NCBI RefSeq assembly: GCF_009914755.1 | Contig: NC_060931.1 | DNA length: 64,000 nucleotides | Origin: the human T2T-CHM13v2.0 reference genome, Homo sapiens | Reading direction: 5' to 3' (one strand) | Shown here: one piece after another, positions 59,471 through 64,000 of the stretch | How the letters are laid out: every line of letters starts with the position of its first letter | How positions within the stretch are numbered: the stretch's first letter is position 1 | Position numbers and translations under genes: made by a program | Notes under the pieces: model-generated | Database searches by the model: none | What the model was told of the DNA's origin: nothing | Seen by the model: the letters and a program-made list of their open reading frames with translations, nothing else

Positions 59471-59840
59471 CTAAAGTATCATTTGACAGATGGTTTTTCA
59501 AAAATGTAAGGAGGTGATAGGGGTTGAGTAGCAGAGAATTAATGAAGATGGACAGATGGGTGAAGAACCAGTAATTAAAACAATCCTATTCAACAACATC
59601 ACACATAAGATTTGATTTTGAGTCACATATTGAGATTCAGCAACTATCAGAAAATTTAAAAAAATCAGGAGTCTGGAAATCTGCTAGATAAATCTACCAC
59701 ACAGCAGTAACAAAAATAACACAATCTGAAAGATAATATTTTATAAGTAAATCTTTGAAAAGATAGAGCTTGAACTATTCATGAAATCTTAAAATAATGA
59801 AGTCCTAGACTAATCATTTAGTTGGTACATAAAGAAAATA

Positions 59841-60135
59841 GGACAAGCGCGGTGGCTCACGCCTATAATCCCAACACATTTGGGAGGCCAAGGCAAGCGG
59901 ATAACTTGAGGCCAGGAGTTCGAGACCAGCCTCGCTAACACGGCAAGACCCCAGCTCTAATAAAAATACAAAAATTAGCTGGGCATGGTGGTGCACACCT
60001 GTAATCCCAGCTACTCAGAAGGCTGAGGCATGAGAATCACTTGAACCCAGGAGGTGGAGGTTGCAGTGAGCCAAGACTGTGCCACTGCACTCCAGCTTGG
60101 GTGACAGTGTGAGACCCTGTCTCAAATTTTAAAAA
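59841..60135 (+). mobile_element. Alu element with TSD
   Basis: TSD aaagaaaata on both sides. Confidence 0.95.
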
Positions 60136-61862
60136 AAGAAAATACTAATGAGAGTCCATAGCTAGAGCAGACAATGAATAATTTTACCAAATTTTCAATT
60201 TCAAAAATTTCATCTCTACACATCTGAGAGATGTTGGGTGAGGTTAGGAGTTCAGACTGACTGTGCAACAGTGTAGAGCTAAAAATCATCTTCATAAACC
60301 ACTTACAGTACTTTAACTTTTCTGATGAAAATATGAGACCCGGAGAGGTTATGCCCAACATCATAAAACCAGCTTGGGGAGAATTAGAATTAAGTCAAAG
60401 GGTTTCTTTCAGTTCACTTACTCAATCATGATGACTTGGCCTTATTAGCATCACGGTTATTAAATAAAACAATCAAGCAGAAGCTTTTCTAGAAATATGT
60501 ATGTAACCAAAACCTTTCTTAAATATTTTAACAAAAATATGTAATTTAACACCAGAGATTTCAAGAGATACGTTACTCTAATTTTAAAAGTACTTAGCAG
60601 ACATGTTCCCAAGCACTTTTCTATATTCTATTACCTCTGGTATGCTGCTGATTTTGCCTGATAACCTTCTTCTCTTTGTCAAACATAGAGCTGAATACAA
60701 CACACATTAACCCAATTTAGAATAACACTCCAAATAATTATCAGGAATGCCTACCAAATTAACCAAGGAATGGGAAATATCCCTCCTTGAACTGGCTATA
60801 ATACAGATTTGAAGATAATTTAAAACATTTGAATATCAAATTGATTCAAAATTGGGTAAAGTTAATCTTGGGGTTGGGCAGGAGAAACTACTTAAACTAC
60901 ATTTTATTTCCTGCAGGCCATGATTCACTCTCTCCTCCTAAAGGAAAAGTTTCCCTATGCTTGCATTAAATTTATGAAAAATGTTAATAAAATATTGCTA
61001 CCCACATAATATGTTATATTGATAAAATATTACTTAAATAATATTTCCTATTTATTCATACTCTGGTTTCTTGTAGTGGAAGATGGTATTTGGAAAACAA
61101 GATCTGGGAGCTTAGTGTACTCACTGCGACCAGGGTGCCATTGTTTCTAGGTCCTCCCAGTGAACAAAGCTAGGAGATATATGCATGCATACATGTACAG
61201 ATACATACACACATATGTATCATATGCATACTTAGAACCCATGAGTTCATAATGATTCCAATACAACACCTTAGAGTTCTTTCTTGGCTTTCGCTGTTCC
61301 ATGATTGTAATTCCTTTTTCAGACAGATAGAAATCTAACTCCCATTATCCTCAAAATATTTACTTATTTCTTCAATCAACTTATTTGCTCAATGTAACCA
61401 ATCTACCAATGTAACTACTCTGGCTATTCTTCTACACGCCACCTCTGCAGCCCTTCACCCCAACCACCTACTTCCTCAGACACTACTGCTGTTAACCGCT
61501 GCTCTGCCCCTCACTCCTCGGTACTGCACTTCCTAGGTGTCTATATATCCAAACCAGGAGGGGAAGTGAATAAACAAACAGATGGAAAGGGAAGGAGATC
61601 AGTCATGGTTTTCCATTTTTTACCTTACTAGCTGATCTCACCCCTACAACCCACCCTTTAACATGCTCTCTTTCCACAACTCCCATCTTAAAGAATGGAT
61701 AGCTGTCGACATTTGCTTTTGCATATTTTACTTCATCATTAACATAAGAATGCCCTAGAAGAAATAGCATTCAACTGTTAAACTTGACTATTTCCATCAA
61801 TCTGCCAAAAAAAAAGCCGTGATAACAGACTATTTTAATCACAAAGATAACACAAGCAGGAA

Positions 61863-61884
61863 ACACACACACACACACACACAC
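61863..61884. repeat. (CA)n microsatellite
   Basis: acacacacacacacacacacac. Confidence 0.9.
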
Positions 61885-61899
61885 AAGATTTAATCAAAG

Positions 61900-62217
61900 T
61901 TTTTTGTTTTGTTTTGTTTTCTTTCAGAGACAAAAGTCTCATTCTGTCACCAGACTGGACAGCAGTGGTGCCATCATAGCTCACTGCATCTTTGAATTCC
62001 TGGGCTCAAGTGTTCCTCCCAACTCAGCCTCCCAAGTAGCTGGGGCTACAGGCATGCACCAACACGCCCAGCTAATTTATTTATTTATTTTTTTTTTTGG
62101 AGAGAGGGGGTCTTGCTGTGTTGCCTAGGCTGGTCTTAAACTCCTGGCCTGAAGCAATCCTTCCATCTCCGCCTCTCAAAGTGCTGGGATTACAGGCATA
62201 AGCCACCTCATCTGGCC
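61900..62217 (-). mobile_element. AluJ element
   Basis: atcatagctcactgcatctttgaattcctgggctcaag. Confidence 0.93.
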
Positions 62218-62529
62218 ACAAGTTATTAAAATATGTAGAAAGCACTTCTGTAACATTCTAATGTCACTTCATGATGACTTGGGGAATCCATAGAAGGATG
62301 CTCAATTCATGGCTATAAAAGCTGAGAAAGTAAAAGTCTGCCCAGCTATTCATCAGGATTAGATAAAAGAGACAGATAAGGCCAGCTATTAAAATTAACA
62401 GGAAACGGTGCTTTTCCTAAATACACACTGCAACTGAAAAATGTCATAACAATCTCCTTCTTTGAGTGACTACTAAGTTCTTACTTACTAAGATGACTTG
62501 TTATCTAAAATCACAGATTATAAAAAAGT

Positions 62530-62980
62530 TTGTTGTTGAACATGTATCAGTAAGAACAAAACATCCCACTCTTGCCTAGAGCATCGAAGTCACTTTGACA
62601 TAGAGAAGCAGCCTTGATTTTCAACCCAGGTGCAGAGATATAAATATGGAGTTTCTGAACATAACATTTCAAATCTACATTAACTTTGTAGTTTTCAAGA
62701 CAACAAGATCCTGGGTCTACTTTGAAGGCCAGACCAGATGTTCACCCCATTATAAATAGCCCTGCTTTGTTTTGAGTCTACCAGAATACCGTTTCATTTA
62801 AATTTCACCTAAACTCTACCCTTCCTCCAAATTACTATAATTTTATCTTTTCTTTGGTTTGGTGAGATGGTCCCATGGTGTCTGTTGGGCAATCTCTCTC
62901 AATGCAACAAGCCAATAAGCCTGACTTTGTCAGACTGTAACTTTGTCCTTATAGGTCTTGGGCTGACTGGGCTGGACAAA
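62530..62980 (+). mobile_element. Probable ERV LTR fragment (family not resolved)
   Basis: LTR-like layout: TATA (tataaatag), aataagcctgactttgt and ending ggaca; by eye only. Confidence 0.4.
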
Positions 62981-63620
62981 ATCAAACTGATAGTTGCAGC
63001 CCAAACTCTTCATTCCTGTGGTTCATGATCATGCAAGTGCACATAATTATGTGTCACATAAGGACAGAGAAAAGTAATTAGCTGATTAAAGAAATACTAT
63101 TTTAGTTATCCTAGAGAAAAGCTCATGAGACAAGAAAATATGTTTTATTTTCTTCATTAACTAATCAAAGGTTATACACCCCTTATATAGCCACTGGGTT
63201 AGCCAACTAGAGAAAGATTCACTGGTATAAAGTTGAGCAAATATCTTCCCATCCTCTCCTCATTGTTGGTCACCCCAGTTCCACTGCCCTCCAAACTGGA
63301 AGAAACATTTTGACAATGAATCACTGATGGTCGCTGGAGAATGACATCAACATTCAGAGACTTTAACTACTTTGTGGTATTGCCATGAAAGAAAGAAAAT
63401 AAACAAATGAATAAACTCTTTGAACCACTTGGGGGAAAAAAGGAATCAATTTCCTAGAAAAGATTACTATGTGTAAATAACTCTCTATTGAGATTTGATA
63501 GAAAATACTTCCACAGATATTTAGCCTTTCAGTCATATAAAATACAAAAATCACTGGAATTTAAACGCCAGACAAAACTTCCTTGGAATATAATTACTAT
63601 AGTAGAACAGTAAATATTAC

Positions 63621-63671
63621 CTTAAACTCTGACAACCATTCCTCCACAACCCCTTTCTCTGAAGTAAACAT
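63621..63671 (-). CDS. HYCC1: Hyccin first coding exon (exon 2 spans 63621-63699); MFTSEKGVVEEWLSEFK
   Basis: Acceptor ttttcag at 63701-63700; ATG at 63671 (A at -3); donor AAG|gtaata. Confidence 0.97.
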
Positions 63672-64000
63672 TTTTCCACATCTGTTCTAAACCTTCAACC
63701 TGAAAATTAACATAGAAAAATGTTAACGTTTTGAATATATTTTATTTAGTCAGATTACTATGAACAGAGATAATCCTATAAAGTTTTTACTTCATATTTG
63801 TGAAATGAGTTTCAAACATAAATTACTAAATTCATTTCAAAACCAATGTGCACAAACAAGCCTTAAAATGCAAGAATTTTGACAAAAGTATAAATATCAT
63901 AACATGATGAAATTGGCTCTCCAATTTTCATTTAGTTTTCAGGAATGCCAGCTGCAAAACATATTGGACATTTTTCCCTAGTTTCAATAAAATAATTTCA

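Overview
Primate (most likely human) genomic DNA. It contains the whole coding region of HYCC1/FAM126A (hyccin, a subunit of the PI4KA-TTC7-EFR3 complex) on the minus strand. Ten GT-AG coding exons run from the ATG at 63671 to the TAA at 18161; they sum to 1566 nt and give 521 aa. A ~4.3-kb 3'UTR ends near an AATAAA at 13845-13850. The promoter and non-coding exon 1 lie beyond the window end. The first ~13 kb are transposon-derived: a disabled L1PA3/4-type ORF2 and 3' end, old L1M, an LTR-int-LTR MLT1 MaLR, MER21, an ERVL pol fragment and a tRNA-Ile 5'-half retrocopy. The introns carry about 15 Alus, a THE1 solo LTR and L2/MIR/MER relics. The most interesting signal is the last intron, which looks like a C-terminal tail switchboard. 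A 296-nt exon followed by three RBFOX motifs replaces the canonical PSISIT calcineurin-docking tail with one carrying PEISVT and a terminal RVQF (PP1 RVxF-type) motif. Several further phase-1 candidate exons lie in the same intron: 57 nt in-frame, 44 nt with a stop, 45/48/99 nt in-frame, and an 18-codon terminal or poison exon. These candidates are predictions from sequence alone, and I could not check whether they are already annotated. Repeat subfamily calls and boundaries are by eye and approximate. Exon numbers assume one non-coding first exon.
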